Origin: Pseudomonas aeruginosa PAO1
Lineage (GTDB): Bacteria; Pseudomonadota; Gammaproteobacteria; Pseudomonadales; Pseudomonadaceae
Strand: one strand, 5' to 3'
Assembly: GCF_000006765.1 (NCBI RefSeq)
Contig: NC_002516.2
Length of the DNA stretch: 64,000 bases
This document shows, one piece after another, positions 20,676 to 29,253 of the stretch. Positions within the stretch are counted from its first letter, which is position 1, and the number at the start of each line of letters is the position of its first letter. The notes under the pieces were generated by a model that saw nothing but the letters and a program-made list of their open reading frames with translations, was not told the origin of the DNA and did not search any database. Position numbers and translations under genes: made by a program.

Positions 20676-21552
20676 GCCTGTAGTACCTGTCCAATAGAGC
20701 CGGCAAACCTGCGCGCCAGGCGCGCGGCTTGATGCCGAAGGTGTGGAGGATCTTCTTGCAGACCATCACCGCGTGCTGCGGCTCGTCGAGCGCGTCCGGG
20801 CGCGCGGCATGGGCCTCCGCCGAAGGCTCCTGGATCAGGTTGGAGCGATAGGTACGCGCCTCGTTGAGGATCACCTGTCCCAGCGCCAGGGTGGTGGTCG
20901 CTTCCAGTCCGCCGTAGTGGTAGGTGCCCCACAGCGGCGCCTGGCAGTCGAGCTGCTTGAGCACCGAGAGCACCACCCGCGCGGCGTCGTCCACCGGCGT
21001 CGGGTTGCCGCGCCGGTCGTCGGCGAGGAACAGCGGCTGCGGTTGCTCGGCGCGGCTGAGGAAACGTCCCAGCAAGCCGTTCGGGCTTTCGTCCAGCAGC
21101 CAGCCGAAGCGGATCAGCACATGTCGCGGGCAGGCCGCGCGCACGCTCTGCTCCATGCGCCAGAGCGCCTGGCCACGCAGGCCCAGCGGAAGGGTCTCGT
21201 CCTTCTCGCTGTAGGCGGTGGCGCGGGCGCCGTCGAAGACCCGGTAGCTGGACGGCTGGACCAGCAGGATCTCGTAGTGCTGGCAGAGCTCCGCGAGGCG
21301 CTCGACGGCGCGCTCCTGGGCGCCCAGGCGCTCCGCCTCGACCTGCTCGGCCTGGAACCAGTCGTGGTAGAAGGCGAGGTTGATCACCGCGTCGGGGCGC
21401 GTTTCGTCCAGCAGGGTGGTGAGGCTGGCGGCATCCCAGCCCTGCTCGGGTGGTCTGGGCGCGAGGAAACCGATGTCTTCCTCCGCCCCTAGGCGGATCA
21501 GCGCCTGTCCAAGGGCATTACCGCCGCCCAAAAGCATCAGGCGCATTCGCAT
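20668..21552 (-). CDS. RmlD-like extended SDR with degenerate active site (PA4069)
   Basis: RmlD fold hallmarks (PDAVINLA, GNPTPVDD, WGTYHYGG); PLGLRGQAL where YxxxK is expected. Confidence 0.85.
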   Translation of the reverse strand: MRMRLMLLGGGNALGQALIRLGAEEDIGFLAPRPPEQGWDAASLTTLLDETRPDAVINLAFYHDWFQAEQVEAERLGAQERAVERLAELCQHYEILLVQPSSYRVFDGARATAYSEKDETLPLGLRGQALWRMEQSVRAACPRHVLIRFGWLLDESPNGLLGRFLSRAEQPQPLFLADDRRGNPTPVDDAARVVLSVLKQLDCQAPLWGTYHYGGLEATTTLALGQVILNEARTYRSNLIQEPSAEAHAARPDALDEPQHAVMVCKKILHTFGIKPRAWRAGLPALLDRYYRHV

Positions 21553-21820
21553 GGTGTAGGGGGGCACTCGAAATCTGATAGTGAATAGCGACGCGGCGCA
21601 CGCCCCAAGGCAATGACATCCTGCGCCTCGCTGGCGACATGAAAGGTGCGGGCATCGGGTGCTGCTTGTCGCGGCAGGTACCCCGGACAGCGCCGCCGTT
21701 ATTTTCATGCAACCTGACACGCCGCATTCTTGCTGTGCCTCCGGTGAAGCGTCAAGCATTCACCGGGCCAGCTCCGCCTGCGGCGCGGATCGGCGGGACG
21801 AATGGCAGCGCGCGGCGGCG

Positions 21821-22771
21821 TCAGGCCGGTAGCGCGCCGGCCCGATAGTCCTTGGGCGAAACCTCGAACTGCTTCTTGAACGCCCGGCTGAAATGCGCCG
21901 AGTCGCTGAAACCCCACTTGAAGGCGATGGAGGTGATCGATTCGCCGCGCAGCCGTGGGTTGCCGAGGTCGGCGGCGCTGCGGCTGAGGCGCTGGCGGAG
22001 AATGTAGCGGCAGACGCTGTCGCCCTGCTCCTCGAACAACCGGTACAACTGGCGCACCGAGATGCGCAGGCGGCCGGCGAGCATGTCCGGACTCAGGCGC
22101 GGCTCCTGCAGGGATTGCTCGATCAGACGCTCCGCGTGCCGGCGCAGACTGTAGCCATAGAGCCCGGCCAGCGGTCCCTCCAATTCCTCGCCGGCGTGCT
22201 GTAGCGCCGGCCCGAGCAGGGCGATCAGCGCCTCCTGCAACGCCCCGCCCTCGTCCGCCACCGCCCACGGCTGCAGTTCTCCGGCGCACACCTGCTGCAC
22301 CAGCAGGCTCAGCAGGCGACCGCTGGCGCAGTTCGGCGAGAGTTTGCCGAAGGCCCGCTGGCTGGGTGGCAGGTGCCGGCATACCTCTTCGCGGGAGAGA
22401 TGGAACGAGGTGTGTTCGATGAGTCCGTGGGGAATGATCTCGCAGCCGCCCGCGGAGTCCATCAGCGCCATTTCCCCTGGCGCCAGCTCTATGCTGTCCC
22501 CACCCTGGCGCAGTTGCGCATGGCCGCTGCGCTGGACGACCAGGAAGCAGTGGCGGTCGTCGTCATGATCGGCATGGGTGGCCTGGCGGGCGATGCGCCC
22601 TGCGTTGGTGCGGATCTGCGCCAACTCCAGACCGCCAAGGTCCTGCCGCGAGATATCGCCGATGAACAGCGTCCGGTTCAGCGCGGGCTGCGATTCGAAG
22701 CGCCCGCAGACCTGGCGCAACGCCTGGTTCCAGGCTTCGAAGCTGTTGTGTGCGGAAGACAGGGTATGCAC
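21821..22771 (-). CDS. AraC-family regulator, FeaR-like (PA4070)
   Basis: GTG start; AWNQALRQVCGRF N-terminus as in FeaR; C-terminal ITSIAFKWGFSDSAHFSRAFKKQF. Confidence 0.9.
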   Translation of the reverse strand: MHTLSSAHNSFEAWNQALRQVCGRFESQPALNRTLFIGDISRQDLGGLELAQIRTNAGRIARQATHADHDDDRHCFLVVQRSGHAQLRQGGDSIELAPGEMALMDSAGGCEIIPHGLIEHTSFHLSREEVCRHLPPSQRAFGKLSPNCASGRLLSLLVQQVCAGELQPWAVADEGGALQEALIALLGPALQHAGEELEGPLAGLYGYSLRRHAERLIEQSLQEPRLSPDMLAGRLRISVRQLYRLFEEQGDSVCRYILRQRLSRSAADLGNPRLRGESITSIAFKWGFSDSAHFSRAFKKQFEVSPKDYRAGALPA

Positions 22772-22931
22772 CGGGCACCTCCTGACGGCAACGGCCATCG
22801 TTATTGTTGTATGGCGCGGCAATTACCGAGCCACGCAGCGCTGCCGTTATGATTAACATGTTATCGATATACCCACAAGCTAGCGCAAATGGACCGGCGG
22901 ATACGCATCCGGGAGAGCCGGCAAGGGCCGT

Positions 22932-23510
22932 TCAGGCGGGAGAAAGCAGGCGCTGCAATTGGGCGAAGGCGCCCAGCAGGGCCAGGCGCTGCTCGGCGAC
23001 CAGAGGGATGTAGCGGCGATAGGCGGGGAAGCGGTTGACCACCTCGCACGCCCCCAGGTGTTCCAGGCTCACGGTCCAGCCCCTGTCGTCGCGGCAGAGG
23101 CGCAAACTCCGGAAGTCCAGCGGCATGAGCTGCTCCAGCAAGACCCGGTCGCCCCCCTGCAAGGCCTCCCGCAACGGCTCGAGCCCGCTCCCGCTGCGTA
23201 CCTTGCAAAGGATGCCGCGACGCCGCAAACAACCGGCGTGACGCAGCTCCAGGCTGGCCGGCGGCCCCCCGGGCGCCGCCACGAACAGGCTGAACTCGGT
23301 GCTGACGATATGCATGAACAGGTGCGCCTGGACCCGCTCGCGAACCTCGAGGCTCAGCTCTTTCGTACGCAGCAACAGCCTGCCGTCCTGCGCCTCGCCG
23401 TCGCACGCAGCCAGGTTGCGCCGCACCAGGGCCAGGGTGGCTCCGGGGCGATAGGCGGCTGGCCGCCAGTCGCGCCAGTGACGCTCATACCAGCGCGCCC
23501 AGGCGGACAT
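22932..23510 (-). CDS. Hypothetical protein, DUF3156-like (PA4071)
   Basis: Overlaps the permease stop; YRPGATL, LFMHIV and VVNRFPAYRRYIPL. Confidence 0.75.
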   Translation of the reverse strand: MSAWARWYERHWRDWRPAAYRPGATLALVRRNLAACDGEAQDGRLLLRTKELSLEVRERVQAHLFMHIVSTEFSLFVAAPGGPPASLELRHAGCLRRRGILCKVRSGSGLEPLREALQGGDRVLLEQLMPLDFRSLRLCRDDRGWTVSLEHLGACEVVNRFPAYRRYIPLVAEQRLALLGAFAQLQRLLSPA

Positions 23511-24975
23511 GCGCCCTCTCCCGCTGCTGCTGGTCCTCTTCGGCGAATTCCTTCTCCAGCACCTCTTCCACCGCCAGCGGACGGAACGGATTCACCCGCT
23601 GTACGCACAGGGTCCAGAACAGGGCGTAGGCGGCCGCCAGGCCGAGCATCAGGGCGAACGGCAGGTAGATGTCGACGGGGTTCATCCCCGGCGGCGTGAT
23701 GTAGAACATCCCCAGCAGGATTCCGGCGCTGGAGAATAGCTGCGGCAACGGGAACAGCGGCGAGCGGTAGGCGCGCGGCAGGTCCGGGCGACGGATGCGC
23801 AGCAGCACCACGGAGAGGGTCACCAGCAGGTAGGCGGTGCCCCAGGCGCAGACCGCAGCCAGGACCAGGTGGATGATCCCTTCGCTGTCGCCGCCCAGCC
23901 ACCAGGCGTGCAGGCAGGGAATCGCCGCTGCCACGGCGATGCACAGCAACGGTGTCTTGAAGCGCGGGTGCAGGTAGGTGAAGGCCTTCGGCAAGGCGCC
24001 ATCCAGCGCCATCCCGTAGAGAATCCGCGGCAGGCCGGCCATCAGGGTGTTGATGGTGGCGGCCCCGGCGAACAGCAGGCCCACGCCCAGCCAGATGCGT
24101 CCGAACGGTCCCATCACCTGCTCGGCGAATCGCGGGATCGCCATCGGCGTCTCCAGCAGGTGCAGGCCGCCGCCGAGGTCGAGGTTTTCCACCTGCCGGC
24201 GCATCGCCGCGCCATAGAGGAACATGCAGCAGGCCACCCCGATCAACCCCAGGGCCATCGCCCGCGGCAGGGTCCGCGAAGCGTGGCGCACCTCCGGCGC
24301 CAGCGGCGTGACGAATTCGCAACCGACGAACATGAACATCGCCATGCCCACCAGCGACAGCAGGGTCGGCAGGTCGTCGCCGACCATCGAGGCCCCGAAC
24401 CAGCCCTGCAACTCCACCGCGGGCAGGCGCAACAGGCCGGCCACGGCGAAGATCATCAGGGTGCTCCACATGCCGAAGGTGAGGATCACTTCGGCGCGAC
24501 CGAAGGCGGTGATCCCCAGCGCATTCAGCAGGCCGAAGCAGAGCACCATGCCGACGCCCACCAGCCAGGCGCTGCCGCCCGGCTCGGTGAGGGTATTCAG
24601 CGACTCGAAGTTGACCAGCGCCATGGTGCCGCTGAGCATGGTCTCGGCGGTGCCGGCGAACACATGGACGATCAGGTAGGCCGACAGCGTGCCGGTGATC
24701 GCGAAGAAGCGCCCGAGGCCGCACGACAGGTAGTCGTAGACCGAGCCACGGGTCGGCAGCAGGCAGGCGGCCTCGGCGAAGGTGGTGGATTGCGCCAGCA
24801 TCAGCAGCAGCGCCACCAGCATCGCCACGGCGAAGGTTCCGCCGCCCAGGCCGAAGCCGGTGGTGGCGGTGAGGATCACCGGGCTGGCCATGATCAACCC
24901 GACCGAACTGGCCAGGGCGGTGGGGAAACCAACCCGCCCGCGGAGCAGGTGCTGGGTGAGTCTGGAGTTGGACAT
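23485..24975 (-). CDS. APC-family amino acid/amine permease (PA4072)
   Basis: About 12 TMs; FVGCEFVTPLAPEV; RRPDLPRAYRSP. Confidence 0.92.
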   Translation of the reverse strand: MSNSRLTQHLLRGRVGFPTALASSVGLIMASPVILTATTGFGLGGGTFAVAMLVALLLMLAQSTTFAEAACLLPTRGSVYDYLSCGLGRFFAITGTLSAYLIVHVFAGTAETMLSGTMALVNFESLNTLTEPGGSAWLVGVGMVLCFGLLNALGITAFGRAEVILTFGMWSTLMIFAVAGLLRLPAVELQGWFGASMVGDDLPTLLSLVGMAMFMFVGCEFVTPLAPEVRHASRTLPRAMALGLIGVACCMFLYGAAMRRQVENLDLGGGLHLLETPMAIPRFAEQVMGPFGRIWLGVGLLFAGAATINTLMAGLPRILYGMALDGALPKAFTYLHPRFKTPLLCIAVAAAIPCLHAWWLGGDSEGIIHLVLAAVCAWGTAYLLVTLSVVLLRIRRPDLPRAYRSPLFPLPQLFSSAGILLGMFYITPPGMNPVDIYLPFALMLGLAAAYALFWTLCVQRVNPFRPLAVEEVLEKEFAEEDQQQRERAHVRLGALV

Positions 24976-25142
24976 CGACGTATCCTCGACGGCAGCGTTG
25001 CTGTTGTTGTTCTTGCGTCAGGCCCTGCGGGACGCGCCGGCGTCCCGTACGCTCCGCCGGCAGGCGAGGCGTGTCGCACAAAAGGCTGCCGCGGAGGGCA
25101 GCGAAAGAGCCGAACGAATCGGCTCCCCCCGATTCATCGATA

Positions 25143-26630
25143 TCAGTAGGCGATGCACACCGACTTGTTCTCGGTGTACGCCTCGATCGCCGCATGGCCC
25201 ATCTCGCGTCCGATGCCGGACTGCTTGAAGCCGCCGAACGGCATCGACGGGTCGAGCAGGTTGTGGGCGTTCACCCATACCGTGCCGGCCTTGATCCTGG
25301 GTACCAGGTCCATGACCTGGCGCAGGTCGTTGGACCAGATGCTCGCACCGAGCCCGTAGATGCTGTCGTTGGCCAGGCGCACCGCTTCGTCGAGATCGTC
25401 GAAGGGCGTCGCCACCAGCACCGGCCCGAAGATTTCCTCGCGCACCACCTGCATCCCCGGGGTGACGTCGGCAAGGATCGTCGGCTGCACGTAGAACCCC
25501 GTCTCGCCCTGGCGCGCCCCACCGCAGACCACGCTGGCGCCCTCGGCCACCCCGCTTTCGATCATCCCCAGCACCCGCTCCTGCTGCCTGGCCGAGACCA
25601 GCGGGTTGATCTGCGTGGTCGGATCCAGGCCGGGGCCGATGCTCAGGTCGCCGGCGATGGCCGCCAGGCGCTCCAGCACCTGGTCGAAACGCTTGCGCTG
25701 CACATAGAGGCGCGAGCCAGCGGTGCAGACCTGCCCCTGGTTGAAGAAGATCGCGCCGGCGGAACCGGCGGCAGCCATGTCCAGGCTGGTGTCATCGAGG
25801 ATGATCACCGGGGATTTGCCGCCGAGTTCGAGGGAAAAACGCGTCATGTTCTCCACCGCCGCATGCCCGATCAGCTTGCCCACCGGGGTCGAGCCGGTGA
25901 ACGCCAGCTTGTCGATGCCCGGGTGCGCCGCCAGTGCCGCGCCGGCCTCGGCGCCCGTGCCGGTGACGATGTTCACCACTCCTGGCGGAATCCCCGCCTC
26001 CAGGCACAACTGGCCGAGGCGCAGGGCGGTCAGCGGGGTTTCGTCGGCCGGCTTGAGGACCACGGTGCAGCCGCAGGCCAGGGCCGGGACGATCTTCCAG
26101 ATCGCCATCAGCAGGGGGAAATTCCACGGCACGATGGCTCCGACCACGCCCACCGGCTCCGGCACCGTGTAGGCCCGGTAGCGCGCGCCTGGGACCGCGG
26201 CGATCGACAGGTCGAGGCTGCGACCCTCGATCTTGGTCGCCCAGCCGGCCATGTAGCGGATGAACTCCACCGAGGCGCCGACCTCCAGGGCCCGCGACAG
26301 GTTGATCGACTTGCCGTTGTTCAGGGTTTCCAACTGCGCCAGTTGCTCGCCATGCGCCTCGATCCGTTCCGCCAGTCGCAGCAGCAGGCGCTCGCGATCG
26401 GCCGGGCGCTGGCCTGCCCAGTTGCCTTCGAACGCACGCCGCGCGGCGGCGACCGCCCGATCGACGTCTTCGGCGCCGGCGCGGGCCACGCGCGCCAGCT
26501 CGGCACCGGTCGCCGGGTCGTACAGCGGCATGTCGGCGCCGGAACGCGCCGGCCCGGACTCACCGTCGATCAGCAGGCCATGGGGACTGCGCAAGAAGGC
26601 GCTGACGGACGGGTCGATGGCAATACTCAT
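25143..26630 (-). CDS. Aldehyde dehydrogenase, phenylacetaldehyde DH (FeaB/PeaE)-like (PA4073)
   Basis: PWNFP, FTGSTPVG, LELGGKSP, FNQGQVCTAGSR and EEIFGPV motifs. Confidence 0.93.
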   Translation of the reverse strand: MSIAIDPSVSAFLRSPHGLLIDGESGPARSGADMPLYDPATGAELARVARAGAEDVDRAVAAARRAFEGNWAGQRPADRERLLLRLAERIEAHGEQLAQLETLNNGKSINLSRALEVGASVEFIRYMAGWATKIEGRSLDLSIAAVPGARYRAYTVPEPVGVVGAIVPWNFPLLMAIWKIVPALACGCTVVLKPADETPLTALRLGQLCLEAGIPPGVVNIVTGTGAEAGAALAAHPGIDKLAFTGSTPVGKLIGHAAVENMTRFSLELGGKSPVIILDDTSLDMAAAGSAGAIFFNQGQVCTAGSRLYVQRKRFDQVLERLAAIAGDLSIGPGLDPTTQINPLVSARQQERVLGMIESGVAEGASVVCGGARQGETGFYVQPTILADVTPGMQVVREEIFGPVLVATPFDDLDEAVRLANDSIYGLGASIWSNDLRQVMDLVPRIKAGTVWVNAHNLLDPSMPFGGFKQSGIGREMGHAAIEAYTENKSVCIAY

Positions 26631-26715
26631 GTGTGCTCCTCGGCTTGGCGACGGCGCTGCGTCATGCATGCGCCTACTACCCGGGAATACTCTGGACCCG
26701 CCGCTCCCCCGCTCG

Positions 26716-26754
26716 CTTGCTCCAGCCTGCCGGGTTTCTTGCCGCTGCCTGCCA
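26716..26754 (-). promoter_or_regulatory. Tandem AraC/FeaR-type boxes upstream of the aldehyde dehydrogenase
   Basis: Minus strand TGGCA-N8-CAAG and CGGCA-N8-CAAG, 22 bp apart; -10-like CAGAGT at 26689-26694. Confidence 0.6.
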
Positions 26755-26858
26755 AGCCAGGCAGAGAGAGACAAGACGGCGCGCCGGGGCATGGACATTC
26801 TGCCCGGCAGGCGGGACAGTGGACGTCCCGCCGCCTCGTCCCTCGGGAGTCCCGCGCC

Positions 26859-27527
26859 ATGCCTTCGACCCTGTCGCCCGACCTCGGCCCGCGCTGCATG
26901 CAGGCCTTCACCCAGGTGGTACCGGCCAGCCTGTGCGTGTTCTATCGCATCGACGAGGACTGCCGCGCACACGATTTCCAGCTCCTGCGGATGCCGGCCG
27001 GCATGCACCGCGACTACCTGCGCCACTACCGCGACTACGATCCGCTGCAGCCGCGCCACTGCCTGGCCAGCGCTTCGCCGGTGGTGCCGCTGCGCCAGGG
27101 CATCGCCCGCCAGCCCGCGGAGGACAGCGCACTGTACCAGGGCTTCCTGCGACGCCACGGGATCTGCGACGTGGTCGAGGTGCTGGCGCATGCGCATCAG
27201 CGTCCGGTCGCGGCCCTGTCGTTGCTGCGCGACGCCCGCCTAGGGGCCTTCTCCGACCAGGAGCTGCGACAGTTGCGCGCCCTGCATGGCCTGATGGAGC
27301 TGGCGGCGCAGGCATGCGCCACGCCAACGGCCAGCGCCGAGCGCCTGCAAGGCCTGACACCGAGGGAACGGGAGATCGCCCTGCTGCTGCGCGACGGCGT
27401 CAGCAACAAATGCCTGGCACAGTGCCTCGGACTCGGCCTGCCGACGGTGAAGACCCACCTGCTCAACCTGTTCCGCAAGACCGGCGCGCGCAGCCGCACC
27501 GAGCTGGTGAAGCGACTCTTCCTCTAG
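26859..27527 (+). CDS. LuxR-family regulator with N-terminal sensory domain (PA4074)
   Basis: LTPREREIALLLRDGVSNK...TVKTHLLNLFRK HTH. Confidence 0.9.
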   Translation: MPSTLSPDLGPRCMQAFTQVVPASLCVFYRIDEDCRAHDFQLLRMPAGMHRDYLRHYRDYDPLQPRHCLASASPVVPLRQGIARQPAEDSALYQGFLRRHGICDVVEVLAHAHQRPVAALSLLRDARLGAFSDQELRQLRALHGLMELAAQACATPTASAERLQGLTPREREIALLLRDGVSNKCLAQCLGLGLPTVKTHLLNLFRKTGARSRTELVKRLFL

Positions 27528-28327
27528 CCGCGCGCGGCCTGGGGGCTGCGCGCCTCCAGCCAGAAGAGGAACTGCCGCACCGCCAGCGGCTTGCCGCTCT
27601 CGTGCAGGCCGCGCAGGCGCTCGCGGTGGCGCCTGAAGGAAAAACCGGGAAATACCCAGGGCAGGTTCAACAGGTACCAGGCCAGGGCGCCGACATCGGC
27701 GAAGTGCAACACCTCCCAACCTTCGCCGCCTGCCACCGGCGGCAACTCCGCGGCCTCCAGCTGGGCCCGGGCGAAACCCAGGTTCCAGTGCGGCGCCTCC
27801 GGCGTCGGCGCCGGTTCGCCGAGCAACGCATAGAACTCGCGGTTGAAGTCGCCGGCCACCTGCTGGGTGAGGAAACAGCCGCCGGGCGCCAGCACCCGCC
27901 GGACCTCCGATGGCAGATAGGACTCGTGGCGGTTGCCGACCAGGTCGAAGGTGCCATCGGCGAACGGCAACGCCCCGCCGCCATCGCCCTCCCGGCCCTG
28001 GCGATGGTTGTCCGGCGCGCCCTCCACCTCGACCACGCGGATGCCCAAGGGCTCCAGACGACCCCGGGCAATCTCCAGGTTGGGCGCCCAGCCCTCGGTA
28101 GCCACGGTGAGCGGCGGGCGATACGGCAGCCGGCTCAACCATTCGCCGCCGCCGGTGCCCATGTCCAGCAGGCTGGCGGCGGCCCGGCAGCGCTCCAGCA
28201 TGCGCCCCGGGAAATCCCATGGCGGCGGTTCCAGGCGGATGCGTCCGCCATAGTCGTATTCCCAGCCGCGCATCGGTGTGCGGCCGGCTTCCGCCAGCAG
28301 CGCGTCGAATTCGTCGCCCGTCGCCAT
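27524..28327 (-). CDS. Class I SAM-dependent methyltransferase (PA4075)
   Basis: LLDMGTGGGE, LPFADGTFDLV and LAPGGCFLTQQV motifs. Confidence 0.88.
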   Translation of the reverse strand: MATGDEFDALLAEAGRTPMRGWEYDYGGRIRLEPPPWDFPGRMLERCRAAASLLDMGTGGGEWLSRLPYRPPLTVATEGWAPNLEIARGRLEPLGIRVVEVEGAPDNHRQGREGDGGGALPFADGTFDLVGNRHESYLPSEVRRVLAPGGCFLTQQVAGDFNREFYALLGEPAPTPEAPHWNLGFARAQLEAAELPPVAGGEGWEVLHFADVGALAWYLLNLPWVFPGFSFRRHRERLRGLHESGKPLAVRQFLFWLEARSPQAARG

Positions 28328-28395
28328 TTCGCCGTTCTCCCAGAGACCGCCCGCTACCATCCCCGAGTCTCCTCGCCAAGGCAAGCCCATAGAGA

Positions 28396-28453
28396 ATGTA
28401 AAGCTTGCTTGACAAAGAAGAGCATTCCGGCCAATGTAAAGCCCCCTTTACAT
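28396..28453 (+). promoter_or_regulatory. Two operator palindromes overlapping a sigma70 promoter
   Basis: ATGTAAAG-N4-CTTGACAA (28396-28415) and perfect ATGTAAAG-N4-CTTTACAT (28434-28453); TTGACA at 28409, CAATGT 17 bp later. Confidence 0.75.
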
Positions 28454-28841
28454 GGACGGTTCAACCATGACCCACAAACGTTTCTTCCTCGAACTGCTTC
28501 TCGCGCTGGTCGGCTATGCCGCTGCCGTTCTGATCAGCGGCCAGTCGCTGGCGGGCACGGAACCGGGCGCCGGCCGGGTCTTCCTCGCCCTGCTGCCGGT
28601 GCCACCGATGGTCGCCCTGGCGCTGGTGGTGATCCGTTACCTGCGGCGCCTCGACGAAATGGCCCGGCGCATCCATCTCGAAGCCCTCGCCCTGGCCTTC
28701 GTCGGCACCGCCCTGCTCACCTTCACCTACGGTTTCCTCGAAACCACCGGCTTTCCGAAACTCTCGATGTTCTTCGTCTGGCCCCTGATGGGCGCGTTCT
28801 GGGTCATCGGCTGCGTCCTGGGACTGAGGCGCTACGCATGA
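28452..28841 (+). CDS. 4-TM membrane protein (PA4076); alternative start 28467
   Basis: Hydrophobic helices; LDEMARRIHLEA. Confidence 0.8.
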   Translation: MDGSTMTHKRFFLELLLALVGYAAAVLISGQSLAGTEPGAGRVFLALLPVPPMVALALVVIRYLRRLDEMARRIHLEALALAFVGTALLTFTYGFLETTGFPKLSMFFVWPLMGAFWVIGCVLGLRRYA

Positions 28842-29044
28842 GGAACCGCGTTCGCGAGTTGCGCGCGGAGCGCGGCTGGTCACAGGCGGAGCTGGCCGGA
28901 AAGCTGGAGGTATCGCGGCAGACGGTGAACGCCATCGAAACCGGCCGCTACGATCCAAGCCTGCCCTTGGCGTTCAAGCTCGCCCGGGTGTTCGGACTGG
29001 CCATAGAAGCGATCTTCGACGACCGGGAAGGCCAGTTGGACTGA
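28838..29044 (+). CDS. Cro/C1 (XRE) HTH regulator, 68 aa (PA4077)
   Basis: MRNRVRELRAERGWSQAELAGKLEVSRQTVNAIETGRYDPSLPLAFKLA. Confidence 0.93.
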   Translation: MRNRVRELRAERGWSQAELAGKLEVSRQTVNAIETGRYDPSLPLAFKLARVFGLAIEAIFDDREGQLD

Positions 29045-29253
29045 GTCCGGTCCCGCTTCCGAAAACGTCCGGGGCGCCCCTGGCGACCCCGGCGGCAAGC
29101 CCCCCTTACCCTGTACCAAATGGCAGTTGCCGCATTTCCCCTCGGGGCTAGCCTTGGACCAGGCCTATCCCCAGCCTTCCCCCTGGTCCCCGCTCGATAC
29201 GCTGAAAAACCACGGATAACGTCTTTTCCACCGGCAAGACAGGAGTCTCAGCC

